From the NCBI GenBank assembly GCA_963769935.1, contig CAVYNY010000019.1:79147-143146 (forward strand): DNA of 64,000 nucleotides. Direction: 5' to 3'. This stretch comes from an uncultured delta proteobacterium (GTDB lineage Bacteria; Desulfobacterota; Desulfobacteria; Desulfobacterales; JAFDCJ01). The position numbers and the translations under genes were made by a program. Under the pieces are notes generated by a model. That model worked only from the letters and a program-made list of their open reading frames with translations. It did not search any database and had not been told where the DNA came from. This document shows positions 1 to 11,521 of this stretch, one piece after another. The first letter of the stretch is position 1. Each line of letters begins with the position of its first letter.

Positions 1-120
1 AAGTTCCCGGTAGGGCACCTCCGGCAGAACGCCTTTGATGTAATGCTCGCAGGTGAGGATATTGATGCAGCTGGTATCCTTTCTCATCGGATCGCCTGAT
101 ATCAACGGAATCGCTTCCAT
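1..120 (-). CDS. 5' end of a CDS running off the window edge (MEAIPLISGDPMRKDTSCINILTCEHYIKG...), product unknown
   Basis: Manual translation: open frame from ATG at 120 (alternative ATG at 87) to the window edge. Confidence 0.4.
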   Translation of the reverse strand, partial: MEAIPLISGDPMRKDTSCINILTCEHYIKGVLPEVPYREL

Positions 121-584
121 GGGCGCACTCCAACAGCGTTGACTAAGGGCTCACTCAAAAATATCTTCACATTTTAACCACGATGGCAAAAGGACAGGAG
201 ACAGAGCAGTTTGCAATATAAAGATCGGCTTGGGAAAGCGTCAAACTAGAAGATTTGTAAATAACACGGATTACCGGAATTCCGGTTCAGGGCGCCGAAT
301 GAAAACTGATTGAAATTAAGAGAAATACTGTATTTGAATAGAAAAGAGTCAGTAGGAAATCGCAGAAATGCTCATTTTATTGTAATATTTACCCGTCGAT
401 TCAGTAAATTCAAGGCATTGGCCGCACTTGCAGATCTAAAAGCTTATGGTTAAAAGCTTTCATTTGATAAAGGGTTTGCTCAATTTATTTGCCCAATTGA
501 AACGGTTGCACATCTTCTTTACCCAATCTCTCCCACGGGTACTCATCTTGTCCGCAAAGCCTGGCCGGATCTGCCTTAAATGAC

Positions 585-2722
585 TTATTGCGTTTTTGAA
601 CGTTTATCAAGGTATTCGATCCGCTCGAGGATTTGGCGTGCCGCTTTATGATCCGGATCCAGGCGCAGTACCTCTGATACATGATATCTGGCCCGCTCAA
701 ACTCGCCCTGGGAAGCCAGAAGAATACTCAATCGTAAATGAGCATTGATATAATTAGGTTTCAGTCGAATTGCTTCCGTATAATGAAGTTCCGCTTCCTT
801 AAATTTCATTTGTTGTAAAAATATGCCGGCCAGGTTGGCGTGGGCCGTGGCTGAGTCAGGCTCCAGGCGCAGCGCCTCGGAAAACTGATGGGCCGCTTCG
901 TCCAGCCGTTTCTGACGTGCGAGCGCAATTCCGAAGTTGGTGTGCGCGCCGGCATAGCCGGGGTTTAGCCGCAGGGCTTCGAGCAAAATGCTGCTCGGCC
1001 TCCTCGAATTCACCTCGACTGCGCCAATTCAATCCCTAAATTATTGTGCGCCTCTGCAAATCCGGGTTCGATCCGCAACGCTTCTCTGTGGTGTTCTATC
1101 GCCTCGAGATGCCGGCCTTGTTCGGCCAGAGCAAGTCCTAAGTTAGTATGAGCGCGCGCATAATTGGGCACCTGTCGCAGTGCTTCAGAATATTGTTGAA
1201 TCCCTTCCTCGAGCTTGCCCTGACGCACCAGCGCATTGGCGAGATTCAAATGCGCTAAGGCCGAGTCGGGTTCGAAACGCAAGGCCTCTTTAAAGAGACG
1301 GATGGCTTCGACATCCTGTCCCTTTTCGGCCAGAGCAAAACCCAGATTGTTGAGGGCCAAAAAACTGTTGGGGTTGATTTGCAGAGCGTGTTCAAAAAAA
1401 GTTTGGGTATCATGCCAGTACGGGACCTGCCGGGAGCTGCACAGCAGAAAAAATCCTAAGACCATTACGCCGCAGATGGCCGCCAGTTTCTTTCTGGGCC
1501 ATGTCAATCCCCAGGCCAATGCGATCGCCGGCCCGATCATAGCAAAATAAACATACCGGTCTGCAACCGTCGAATTGCGCTGAAATTCAAATGAAATGAA
1601 CCCTAACACCGGCAGCAGGCCGAGGACAAAAATTCCTGCCGCCGCCGCAAGCCACGGCAGTCGTTTCCGCTTTAACCAGAGCCATATGGCAACGATATAC
1701 GGCACCGATCCGGTTATAAACAGCCAGCCGTGTCCCATTATATACTGCGGAGTTCGTCCGTAGTCCGGACCCAACCGCAGGGGCAATACCAGCTGGTAAA
1801 GATAAAACGCAACGGCATCGCCCGCAATCAGAGGGCGGGCCCATAGAGGCGGCTTAAAAGCAAGAATCGAACCGGTCTGCACCCAGCGGGTCAGAAGACC
1901 CCATGCCAGTGCAATAATGAACCACACCCACAGACCGGATAGATTCTCACGCCAGGATTGCCGCCAACCCCATGCAGCCAGCAACCAAACCATTACCGGT
2001 ACAACAACGGCGGTCGGTTTTGCCAAAAGCGCCAGAACATATAGTCCGGTGGCGAGCCCGTAATGTAACCCGGGATGCGGCTGATTGCCCGGCAGCGTTT
2101 TGGCATCGATGGACACCAGATACTGCCAGACGGCCGCCAGCGCTAATAAGCCGAACAACACATCCTTTAGGCCGGTAACCCATGCAACGGGTTCAACTTG
2201 AAGGGGGTGGATGGCAAACAGCAAGGCACCGCCGCAGGCCGCCCAGGACAACGGCATTGCGTCGACCTTGTCTGTCGCTTCCGTCTCTATCTGCCTTGTG
2301 CGACTCAACAGCAGCAACAAAATACGCCACAGAACCAGCACACTCAGCACGTGCAGCAAGAGATTAAAGCTGTGAAAAAGCCCCGGATCGGGAACCACTG
2401 CGGCAGCGGAATTCGCTTTTAGCAGCTTGGGCGCCCATGCCAGCGCGGCATAAATCGTATAGAGGAGCGGCGCATAGAGACGTTCGTAAGGATAGCGCCA
2501 GAAGTGCAGCAGGTTGTCAAGGGAGGGTACCTGGAGGTAGGGATTTTTATAAACATTGACACTGTCGTCCCAGGCCAGAAACTGGTGGTGGGATATCGGC
2601 CAGAAGACAACCGTTGGTACTAAAATGAGGATTATGATGGGGATCAGCCGCATCCAGCGGTTGGTGCGATGAATGGGCGGCTGATGATCAGAGTCTGTAA
2701 TCAGGCACCTTTCAGTCATCAC
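585..2722 (-). CDS. TMTC-like GT-C membrane glycosyltransferase with C-terminal TPR repeats (split by indels near 990-1015)
   Basis: WDD motif after TM1; HPLQVEPVAWV, LAKP and ADRYVY motifs; TPRs (NNLG, AHLNLA). ORFs 1010..2722 and 585..1013 join as ...ELAQ-RGEFEEAEQHF-LEAL if two single bases are removed. Confidence 0.8.
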
Positions 2723-3899
2723 CGATTCCTTGATTGCAATTTTTCTCTACCCACCGGCTCAGAAATTTAGCTGCGTTGGCCGCACCATTCAGATCGATCG
2801 GCAGATCTTTTAACGCGGGTTTAATTTGAAGCAGTCTATGCATGTGCTTGCTTAAACGATCGGCGCGCATATCTTCTTCCGTCAATATTCTCATCGGGAA
2901 AAAATCCTTTATTTTTTCTACCCGCATCGGTTGCTCCCGCTGACGCGAGTAAGGATAAACCAACGCCGGCACCTGGCTAACCAGCAAGTTCATACAGGTA
3001 TTGTATCCGGCCAGGCTGACCGACAGATCGGCCGCGTTCAGATAATCCGGAAAGCGCCGGGTAAAACGACGGATGCGGATATCACTCGAGGCGCGGGCGG
3101 CTAATTTATTAAATTCTTCATCTTGCATGAAGGGACCGGCAAAAGCTTCAAGCCGCAGGGACATGCGGTTGCGCAGCAGTTCGCAGGCCGCGATGACACA
3201 ATCTAAAAGCCGGTATCCGGACCGCCCGCCGCCGGCACTCGCCACAACCAGCTTCCGGCCTGCGGCCACCGCCAAAGAATGTCGCAGGCTGCGGCCGGCC
3301 GCCGGGTCTGTCTGCTGGGTGATATACCCCGTGTAAACCACTGGAATGGCGATGTCGTTCACCCTTGAAAAGGTCTCGTCGAGTCGCAGCAGACGCTCGT
3401 CGGAATGAACCAGCAGGACATCATAGTACCGGTTTAACTTTTGGATGACCCTTTCTTCGTAGGCGGCCGGATCTTTCTTTTCTACCAGGATATCCCTCAG
3501 ACTGCAAACGGTTTTGACGGCACCGAAGGTGCCGCTCCGAATATCTGCCAGCACGGGCTCCAGTTCAAAACCAAATAGGGTGCGGCCGAAGGGATGCAAT
3601 TCAACAATGAAAATATCGGGCTGCTTCTCCCTAAACAATTCGGACAGGATATCTTTGCGTGCCTGCTGAATCTCGGCCACACTTTTTGTGGGGTCGCCGG
3701 GAATCAGGGTGGTGAATTTCTCATCCATGTAAAGCACCGGCAGCCTGACAAGCTGGACATGCCGCGGCAAATCCAGGACCACGTCCTGCCCGCCGGCAAC
3801 CAGCGTTACAGCATGCCCCGACAGGGCACGCGCGAATTCGAGGCTGCGCACCAAATGCCCCATCCCCCAGACGTATTGGCAGTAAATGATGATGTTCAT
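2712..3899 (-). CDS. COG4671-type glycosyltransferase (GT28 C-terminal domain)
   Basis: YCQYVWGMGHLVRS N-terminus, SLRDILVEK, SAGGGRSG, SLAGYNT, REQ motifs. Confidence 0.85.
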   Translation of the reverse strand: MNIIIYCQYVWGMGHLVRSLEFARALSGHAVTLVAGGQDVVLDLPRHVQLVRLPVLYMDEKFTTLIPGDPTKSVAEIQQARKDILSELFREKQPDIFIVELHPFGRTLFGFELEPVLADIRSGTFGAVKTVCSLRDILVEKKDPAAYEERVIQKLNRYYDVLLVHSDERLLRLDETFSRVNDIAIPVVYTGYITQQTDPAAGRSLRHSLAVAAGRKLVVASAGGGRSGYRLLDCVIAACELLRNRMSLRLEAFAGPFMQDEEFNKLAARASSDIRIRRFTRRFPDYLNAADLSVSLAGYNTCMNLLVSQVPALVYPYSRQREQPMRVEKIKDFFPMRILTEEDMRADRLSKHMHRLLQIKPALKDLPIDLNGAANAAKFLSRWVEKNCNQGIGDD

Positions 3900-3995
3900 A
3901 ATTAATCCGCCCTGATAAATAGCACATTCAGGGATACAAATTTTTTCTTAATAACAAAAGACTTGAGTCAGGCCGAAGCGCCGGCGGCTTAATTA
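3899..3995. mobile_element. 97-bp inverted-repeat element, copy 1
   Basis: TAATTAATCCGCC ... GGCGGCTTAATTA termini; internal CCCTGA...TCAGGG hairpin; same length as copies at 13410 and 62735. Confidence 0.7.
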
Positions 3996-4133
3996 CTTTA
4001 TGCTGCGCACATTTTTTAAGATTGGACTATTAATCGAAGTTTACTATCACGGTGCTTACAAACAACAAGTATATTTTATACATATACAGTGCACCGCGTA
4101 TTTGACCGAATGCTGTTTCAAAATGGCATTGAT

Positions 4134-4955
4134 TCATGGTGCGTTTAAACAACTAATTGTAGAACTGGTGTATACCAAATCCTTAAAATGAACCAGTTGA
4201 AGCGTGTTATGGGTTTTGAGTACCTTCAAGAGAATATCCAGAAAATCAAATGCGGCTGAATTCATGCGCTGATGATGAATCATAATTCCGCACCAGCCTT
4301 CTGTAATTCCCCGGTGAAGCTCGTTAAACAGGTTATCCCATCCCGCCTGCGGCGAATCCTCCCTGCGGGTATGCAGATCGACATTGACATCAAAGCTCGG
4401 CAAACCCGGCGGGGGCGGCGGCCGGCTGCCGCGGCTGCGGGATACCGCTCGGTACTCCAAGTTTTTCAGCGTCGCCAGAGCTTCCTGCCCGCATCGATTC
4501 CACGGCGGCGTGAAAACCGGATAGAAACTTTTGCCCATCAGGTCCCACAGGCGCTGCCGGCCGCATCGAATATCGCGGGCCAGCGCATCCGGGGTGCGCC
4601 GTGGGCCGAATTCCTGCTTTTTCCCTGCGAGCTCATGATTTACGTGCCGCCATCCGTGTTGGTGCCAGCACCAGAGGCGGGCGCCCTTTTTTCCGATGCC
4701 TTCGATCGCCTGCCAACGGACCGGAGTCAACCAGGCGGGTACGACGGCCAGACAGAGCGGCGCACCGTGTAAAGAAAAAACTTCCAGCAGACGTCTAAAC
4801 CGGCTGCCGGGGGCAGCGATATCGTCGGCCCGGAAAAAGATGAATGCTTCCCCCGGACCTGATGCCTGTTCACAGGCGGCCTCGATACAACTTGCAGTTC
4901 TTGCAACCAGATCTGAAGGAAGACGTTGCCATATGGATGAAACGTATTTTTGCAT
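4134..4955 (-). CDS. polysaccharide deacetylase family protein (NodB-like fold)
   Basis: FFRADD, HQHGWRH, FTPPWNR, IMIHH motifs. Confidence 0.85.
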   Translation of the reverse strand: MQKYVSSIWQRLPSDLVARTASCIEAACEQASGPGEAFIFFRADDIAAPGSRFRRLLEVFSLHGAPLCLAVVPAWLTPVRWQAIEGIGKKGARLWCWHQHGWRHVNHELAGKKQEFGPRRTPDALARDIRCGRQRLWDLMGKSFYPVFTPPWNRCGQEALATLKNLEYRAVSRSRGSRPPPPPGLPSFDVNVDLHTRREDSPQAGWDNLFNELHRGITEGWCGIMIHHQRMNSAAFDFLDILLKVLKTHNTLQLVHFKDLVYTSSTISCLNAP

Positions 4956-5095
4956 AAAATTAGGTCCAGGGTTCTGGGTTCAAAAGGTTCTGGGCCCAGG
5001 GACTTAAAATTTAAGATTGAATATTATGGAATCCTGTCGTTTTTGGCTTCTTTTAAAATTCGGCAATTTAAACAAAATTAAAAAGACGGAACTCC

Positions 5096-6271
5096 TTAAA
5101 TATTCAATCTGCAATATTCAATCTTCAATTTATCCAGCCAGGCGGCCGTGTTGGCGGCGCCGTCCAGCTCAATTCCGACGGGCACTCGATCCGCGTTAGA
5201 CAATGCCCGCGCCATGATGTCTGCCAGGCGGTCGGGCTCAAGGTCTTGATCTGCGACTACCTTCAGGATTCCCATTTGATCCAGGCGTTCAGCCCGCATC
5301 CGTTGCTCGCGATTCTGGGGAAACGGCCACACCAGGGCGGGCACCCCGGTTGCCAGAATGTTCATGGTTGTGTTGTACCCTCCCATGCTGACCGACAGAT
5401 TTGCCGCCGCCATATATGATAGAAAGTCGGGACTGAACTTGTTTATCTCGACATCCTTGCCGGCCAGCCGCTGCAGACGATTGAATTCCTCCTGATCCAG
5501 GTAAGGCCCGGTGAAAACTTTCAGATACGGCCGCTTTTTCATGCGCAGACGATCAAAGGCGCAGATAACCGCTTCCAGAAGCGGTGCGCCCACATTGCCC
5601 CCCCCGGCACTGGCAACGATCAGGATCTCATCCCGATCGATTTGCAGCCGACGACGCATGTTTGCCCCGGCACCCGGTGGGGGTCGGCGGGCGATGTAAC
5701 CGGTATATATCACGGGAATTCTTATTTCATCAAAGCGGGCAAAGGTTTCGCTGATTCGCGCCAGATTTGGATCGGCATGCACCAGCACCGCATCGAAGCA
5801 GCGGTTGAGGGAGTTGACCGCCCGCAGCTCGTGTTTGGCCGCGTCCTCCTTTTCAACGAGGATATCCCGCACGCTGCAGACGACACGACAGGGGGGCAGC
5901 TTTTTTTCGCCGATGGCCTGCAAAACGGGATCGAGCTCAAAACGAAAGGCTTTGCGCCCGAAGGGATAAAGCTCCACCAGGAAAACATCCGGTTTTTCTT
6001 TTTCGAAAAGGTCGAACAACCGCTTTTGCCGCTGTTCCTTGATTCGATCCAGCGCGGTATTTTTTTGGGAACTGTAAAGCCCTTTAAATTCCCGGTTCAT
6101 CTGCAGGTCGGGCAGGTTGATTTTACGGACATGCTCCGGCAAATCCGTCTCGACCTGCGGGCCGCCGGTTACCAGGATCACCTCGTGTCCGGACAGCGCC
6201 CGGGCAATCTCCAGGCTGCGAAACAGGTGGCCGATTCCCAGAACATGCTGGCAGTATTGAATAATTTTCAT
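5096..6271 (-). CDS. COG4671-type glycosyltransferase (GT28 C-terminal domain)
   Basis: YCQHVLGIGHLFRS, ELYPFGR, SVRDILVEK, SAGGGNVG, SMGGYNT; paralog of 2712..3899. Confidence 0.85.
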   Translation of the reverse strand: MKIIQYCQHVLGIGHLFRSLEIARALSGHEVILVTGGPQVETDLPEHVRKINLPDLQMNREFKGLYSSQKNTALDRIKEQRQKRLFDLFEKEKPDVFLVELYPFGRKAFRFELDPVLQAIGEKKLPPCRVVCSVRDILVEKEDAAKHELRAVNSLNRCFDAVLVHADPNLARISETFARFDEIRIPVIYTGYIARRPPPGAGANMRRRLQIDRDEILIVASAGGGNVGAPLLEAVICAFDRLRMKKRPYLKVFTGPYLDQEEFNRLQRLAGKDVEINKFSPDFLSYMAAANLSVSMGGYNTTMNILATGVPALVWPFPQNREQRMRAERLDQMGILKVVADQDLEPDRLADIMARALSNADRVPVGIELDGAANTAAWLDKLKIEYCRLNI

Positions 6272-6275
6272 TGGA

Positions 6276-7696
6276 TTACATTTGTCTGAGATACCGCAAA
6301 TTGCTTAACAGAATCGACACGGGTTCTTGGCTTTTCACGGGCAGCAAACTGACCGTCTGATCGGTGGCAACCCGCGGCAAACGCGGTTTGTGGATGGCAA
6401 GCCCGGGATGCACCCTTTGCAAAAAATCGCAGAGAATTTCACCGGCCATTTTGGCTGCGGCATACTCGCCCATATCCAAAGGAAGCTCCTCGATCGCCGC
6501 CGAGGAAGGATAGAAAACCTTCTGCAGGCCGGCAGTCGGATCCGCCACACACTGAACCGTCCGGAGAAACCCGGTGACATAGTACTCGCAAAAGGCGGCA
6601 AAGCGCTGCGGCGAAAATTTGCCTTTGGCTGCTCCAAAAATATAAGGCGTGGCGAAATAGTACAAATACAGAGGCCTGGACCGATTGACAAGCCTGTCGA
6701 CCAGCCCTTGGGGCGGATCCAGAACATTCAGCGGCAGGCAATCCGCCCGGGCCCCCTGAGAGACAATTTCATCGACAATCCGTTGGGCGTCCTGCCGGCC
6801 GCGATAATAGGTAAGGATGACCTCGGCGCCGCCGGCAGCCAGGAGCTTGGCGGTGACTTCTCCCAACCCACGGGATCCTCCGACAATCAACGCCCGTTGG
6901 GCTGAAAACTCCTCCGGTTCAACCTGACGGCAGACGTCGCTAAAGGCGGCCTGCTTTTGGGGTTTGGGGCGCAGGAAGGCTTTTACCTCCCCCTTCACCC
7001 CCGGGGCTTCAACCTCAATTGAGACCAGAGCCAGGCGCTTGTTGCAATCCGCAACCTGGTAATTCAGGGTCGCCGTGCCGGCAATCTCCGCAGAAAAAGT
7101 CAGATTGAGGCTTGAATAAATTGAGTGCTGCCCCGGGCATTCCATGCCGACCAGACGCGTGGTCGCCAGCAGAGCGGCAAGCTGTATCGGAGGCAGCACC
7201 CGGATCAGATCGGGGAAAAGCCCGCCGGCAAGCTCAGCCATCCAAATAAAGGGCAACGGTGCCCGAAGCTGCCGTCACCTCGTCAAGCGAGCGTTCGCGG
7301 CATGCTTGCCGGTTCATGAGACATCTTTGGCAGCGTACCCGGGCAGTGATCCTGCAAAGGGCTCCCGCTAATTTCAATCCATGCCGCAGGCGTGCCGTCC
7401 GCCTCAAGTTTGATGGCGAACTGGTATTCATCCTGCCGGGTAACCAAGCCGCAGACGGTTTGCCCCACACCGATTCCGGCCTGAAAATTGGCTTTGACCG
7501 TCCGCAGCGCCAGAGGTTTCGTTCGGGATTTCAGATGATCATTCAGACTCCACAACAGGGCATGCAGACCATGGACGACCTGACGCCCGAACAGCAGACG
7601 CCTGGCAAGCACGGGATCCAGGTGCAGCGGATTATAATCGCCGGAGAGTTTGGCGAAGGCCACCTGATCGTCTGAGGTAAATACGCGTTGGATCAT
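6276..7696 (-). CDS. MaoC-like hotdog dehydratase / SDR ketoreductase fusion (split by indels near 7240-7310)
   Basis: N-terminal FAKLSGDYNPLHLD...VVHG (MaoC); C-terminal GGSRGLG and YAAAK (SDR). Frames of 7283..7696, 7234..7470 and 6276..7256 join with two 1-bp corrections. Confidence 0.75.
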
Positions 7697-7989
7697 AGTT
7701 CGTTAGGCGGATAAGGGTGCCGAAACGACAATTTGTTTCAAAATTGTCGAGGGCAGTTGCATGTGAAATTTTTAAGGTTTCAGTGTTCAGCCCAGCCGCC
7801 GGCCAAAACAACGGCCGGTTTGATCGAAAATTAAAACTTTTGGAAATCGGACAAAGTTGGATTAAATATCACGCCCACTTCGTTAGAGCTCACAGAAATC
7901 GCAGTCCGCCGGAGGCGGATTTCTTTTGCCGCAGGCAGCTGTAAACCCAGACCTTCGTGATCTCTGAGCGCTCTGTGTGAGATGTGGTT

Positions 7990-9674
7990 TCATATAAGCT
8001 CAATATGCCCGGGAACGGAAAAAGGCTGTTTTGCGTCCATGATAAAACACTCCCCCTGCTGCTGGAATCGGGGCGCCAGGCTTTTAAAAAAATCCAGACA
8101 CGGTTTATTTTTGGATGTAGAAGTATATCGGGCGTAAACGTTTGCGACTCCCATTGCCTGCGCCTGGTGAATCGCGACGGCAAGCATGGTTTCTTCTATT
8201 TTGCGTCCCAGCACCCGGCAGCTCAGAATAAAATCCACAATTTGAGCGCTTCGATCCTGAATTTCCAGGCTTATTATACCGGTTAAACCGGCGTCGCCGA
8301 ATTTATCCGAGACGCGCAAGGTCCATAGCCGGTGGTGCTCCTGTTCGGCCCAAGCCATGAGTTCGGCTTCGGACATACGTCTGGTGGACAGGTTCATTTG
8401 ATTGGTTTTGTTCAGCAGCTGCGTGGCCCGTTGCAGGTTGGCCGGATGAAGTTCTTCAACCTGAACCCGAATAGCTAGCCGCATTAGCCATTCCTCTAAT
8501 GAACGGACTGTTTTTTTCAACTCCCGCCGTTTGGTTTCCGAGAGATACATGGTGGACCGGGCCAGGTCTTCCCGGCTGAGAGAAGGCATCTCAAAACACC
8601 GCAGACTGAGCAGGGTCGCCGGATAAAACAGCGGGTCTTCCGGCCAATCAGGCACCAGAACCTCCGGCAGGCTCTCTTTGACCCGCGCCCGCTCAACGGG
8701 ACTGTCGTCAATAAATACCGCCGACTGGGGCCCAAGATTCAATTCGGCCAGCAAATCGATGATATTTTGAACTTTATCCTGCCAGTTAATTCGCCAGCCG
8801 GCAAAATCTTCCAACCTGAGCACCATTTCAGGGTGCTTCCCGATTGCTTCCAGCGCGACCTGCTCCTCATTTTTACTCACAATGGCCAGAAGAATCCCTC
8901 GATTCTGCATCGATTTCAAAGCGTGCTGGAAATCGACATAGGCCTCCCCGATGTGATGATGTCCGCCCAGGACAAGATTCTCCCACCCGGCATCACCGAC
9001 GATGCCGCCCCACAGCGTATCATCCAGATCCACGATGATAAGTTTGCGTGCATACCCGAGCATTCCGCGCAGGGCGGCTTTGATATCCCGGGCGGCCGCC
9101 TTGAAGACCTCGTTGCCGAACGGAATTTTTCCCAAATACCACAGCTTGGGGCTGAAGGCCTGGATGCCCTGCCGGTGCAATCCAGCGCTGGGTATTGAGA
9201 ACATAGATGTTGGCGGCCTTTGCCAGATTCTCGGCCAGCCTGAGATTCATGCGCATGAGGGTGTTCGTCGGCCCGATTTCGGTCTGCATGTCCAGCACCC
9301 CGAAGACGCTTCGATAGGAAGGCAGCACCCAGGATGGAACGAACGCATACTTCACCCGCCCACTCATGTTTACCAGCAGCGCACAATATTCATCTACCTG
9401 TTGCAGCACCTTCTGCAGCGAAACCGGTTCATACTTAAGAAGCGCCTTAAAGGCCGGCACAACGGACTGGGGCCGGGTCCAGATCACGGCGACATCCGGC
9501 GTATTTTGCCAGCAGGGCAACTCCCGGTTTAGCAGGGTTGCAACCGGCTGCCCGAACGGGGCGGAAATCGGCTTGATGCCCGGGAAATTCCGGATCATTG
9601 GCGATATAACCGGCGAAATTCTGCAGATTAAAATCTGAGACGAGAACACATGTGTAGGGTTGCTTATCCAGCAT
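7990..9674 (-). CDS. FkbH-like HAD-IIIC phosphatase / glyceryl transferase (frameshifted)
   Basis: DLDDTLWGG, SKN, FIDDSPVER, NKTNQMNLST, DKFGDAG and LSCR motifs; N-terminus MLDKQPYTCVLVSDFN starts at 9674; spread over three ORFs. Confidence 0.85.
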
Positions 9675-9967
9675 TTTTTTCGTCCAGCCGCAGGTGGATG
9701 TAGTCGGCAAGCGTGCCAAGGGTGCGAAACACCTGATTGATCCGAGACAATGTGCGCTCATCGGTCAACAAAACGGGCCTGCCAAATTCGGCGGCTGTCT
9801 TTTGTTCCGTCACGGCAATCAGGTTAATCAGTCCCGCTGAATCCAATCGGCCGGAATCACCGGCCAGACGGTGTCTCCAGGTCTTTATCCAGGTGTTCAT
9901 CCGGCGGCCGCAGCTGGTTGAGTTCGTCAATAACACTGAACAGCATTTGCGTAATTTGGGCGTGCAT
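9664..9967 (-). CDS. acyl carrier protein (one frameshift near 9870)
   Basis: MHAQITQMLFSVIDELNQLRPPDEHLDKDLET / LAGDSGRLDSAGLINLIA...TLGTLADYI; LDS phosphopantetheine-serine motif; overlaps the fkbH-like start. Confidence 0.75.
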
Positions 9968-10081
9968 TGTCCGGGTTATTCCTTACTGTTCAAAAAAGTT
10001 ATGGGCTTCGCATTTGCCGGTTTGCCTGTTTGCCGGTTTACTTAACCGGCTCACGGGTTAACAGGTCAACGGGCTAACGGA

Positions 10082-11206
10082 TCAATAAAACGCGAGATCT
10101 CCGTCACCACCTTGCAGGCGGCAGTTTGCCAGGGGGATACCGGCAAACGCTTTCGATAGGAGAAATCCTCTCGATTTTTTTTTGGCAGACCAGCAGGGAC
10201 AGCCGAGCCTTAAAAAATCTGCCGCCAACCGCTCGTCATACAGGCTGAGGATGCTTACATCCATCGCCAGCGCGTGTTGGAATGCTGCCGCCGTAATTGA
10301 AGGCGCGTGCCGGCTCTCAAAATAGGCATACACGACACTCATCCGATCATCACGCACTTTCAGCAGTAAAAATCCGATCATCTCATTGTGGTGCTCAAAT
10401 ACCTTGACGCCCAGATTCAGAAATCGGCCGGCGCGTGACGAAAAATAGTATCTTTTGCCGGCCGAATCTTTGAACGGCGCCGATAATATCCAGGGGTTGT
10501 TCATGATCCAGCTGAGGTCGGACTTTTCTTTGCGGGTCAGATCGTGCCGGTGATGCTGTTTTATAAAACGGTCTGTCTCTTCATCGATGGTTGCGATATA
10601 TTCGAACGTCAGATGCCGGCAGTGATTGCTGCGTCTTTGCCAGAAAAAATTTCTGAGATTCACGACTTCATCCGCCATGGCATCAAAGATTTTAAATACT
10701 ACCCGCAATATCTTCAACGCCGGGAGCCGGCGGGAAATACTTGCACTAATATTCAACCGCAGCCGGATATCCAGTCCCTGCAAGGGATTTAAAGCCATAA
10801 ACTTTTGAGAAGCCTGCAGCGCCAGCCCGGCCTCCCGGGAGCTTCCGGACACGCCGATATGCTGGTCATAGGCGTTTAGGGCCTTAAAAAGCAGAATGGT
10901 CCCGACGCCCGCGGTTGCCCGAGAGGGATCGACCCACCAGCTGGTCAACCAGCCCAATTTGTAGACAACGTCATTGACAAAGATTTTATCGGGAAGAATT
11001 CCGAGATAGCCGATCACCCGGTTATCCCGGTAGGCAACCAGCAGGACGGGATCATCCGCATCCGCCCGGGGGTTGCGGCTGTATGACAACGCGCGGTGTT
11101 TGGTTATCGGCAGGGTTTGGGTCAGCCAGAAATCTTCTGACGCCAGCGCCGTCTTTAAATCGGCGACCGTAAAGGCTTTAATTTCCATCGCGTCCCGGTT
11201 TTCCAT
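10082..11206 (-). CDS. GNAT-fold acyltransferase-like protein
   Basis: VIGYLGILP...WLTSWWVDPSRATAGVGTILL resembles GNAT motif A; 374 aa. Confidence 0.6.
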   Translation of the reverse strand: MENRDAMEIKAFTVADLKTALASEDFWLTQTLPITKHRALSYSRNPRADADDPVLLVAYRDNRVIGYLGILPDKIFVNDVVYKLGWLTSWWVDPSRATAGVGTILLFKALNAYDQHIGVSGSSREAGLALQASQKFMALNPLQGLDIRLRLNISASISRRLPALKILRVVFKIFDAMADEVVNLRNFFWQRRSNHCRHLTFEYIATIDEETDRFIKQHHRHDLTRKEKSDLSWIMNNPWILSAPFKDSAGKRYYFSSRAGRFLNLGVKVFEHHNEMIGFLLLKVRDDRMSVVYAYFESRHAPSITAAAFQHALAMDVSILSLYDERLAADFLRLGCPCWSAKKKSRGFLLSKAFAGIPLANCRLQGGDGDLAFY

Positions 11207-11521
11207 AAGGTTTAATTAAACCTGAGCTGAACGATTCCAATACGAAGATTGAAACAGGTGCAAAAACATTTTCGCCACCAAGACACCAAGACGCAAAGAG
11301 GAATATTAACCAACGGTTTCGCTTTGTGTCTTGGTGCCTTTGTGGCAATTTATTCAGGCTTTTCCGGATTAGGATAGAATGTTCCGCTCATATACGGTCC
11401 GAGTATAGCGCAAAGGAATCGGCTGTCAAGCCGGAAGTATGGACAGTGTTTTGCTGCGTCTCAAGAAACCTGGAAAGCGACGGTCTACCAGTATTCCACC
11501 ATTCCAATCGGGGCGAAGCCC

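Noticed and set aside
144..480. Possible IS end or remnant in the first intergenic region
   Set aside because: Only a short TTCACATTT similarity to the region near 37710, with no transposase ORF or convincing paired IR.
3899..3995. 97-bp elements as integron attC sites
   Set aside because: They lack RYYYAAC/GTTRRRY core sites, flank operon and housekeeping genes rather than cassettes, and no integron integrase is present.
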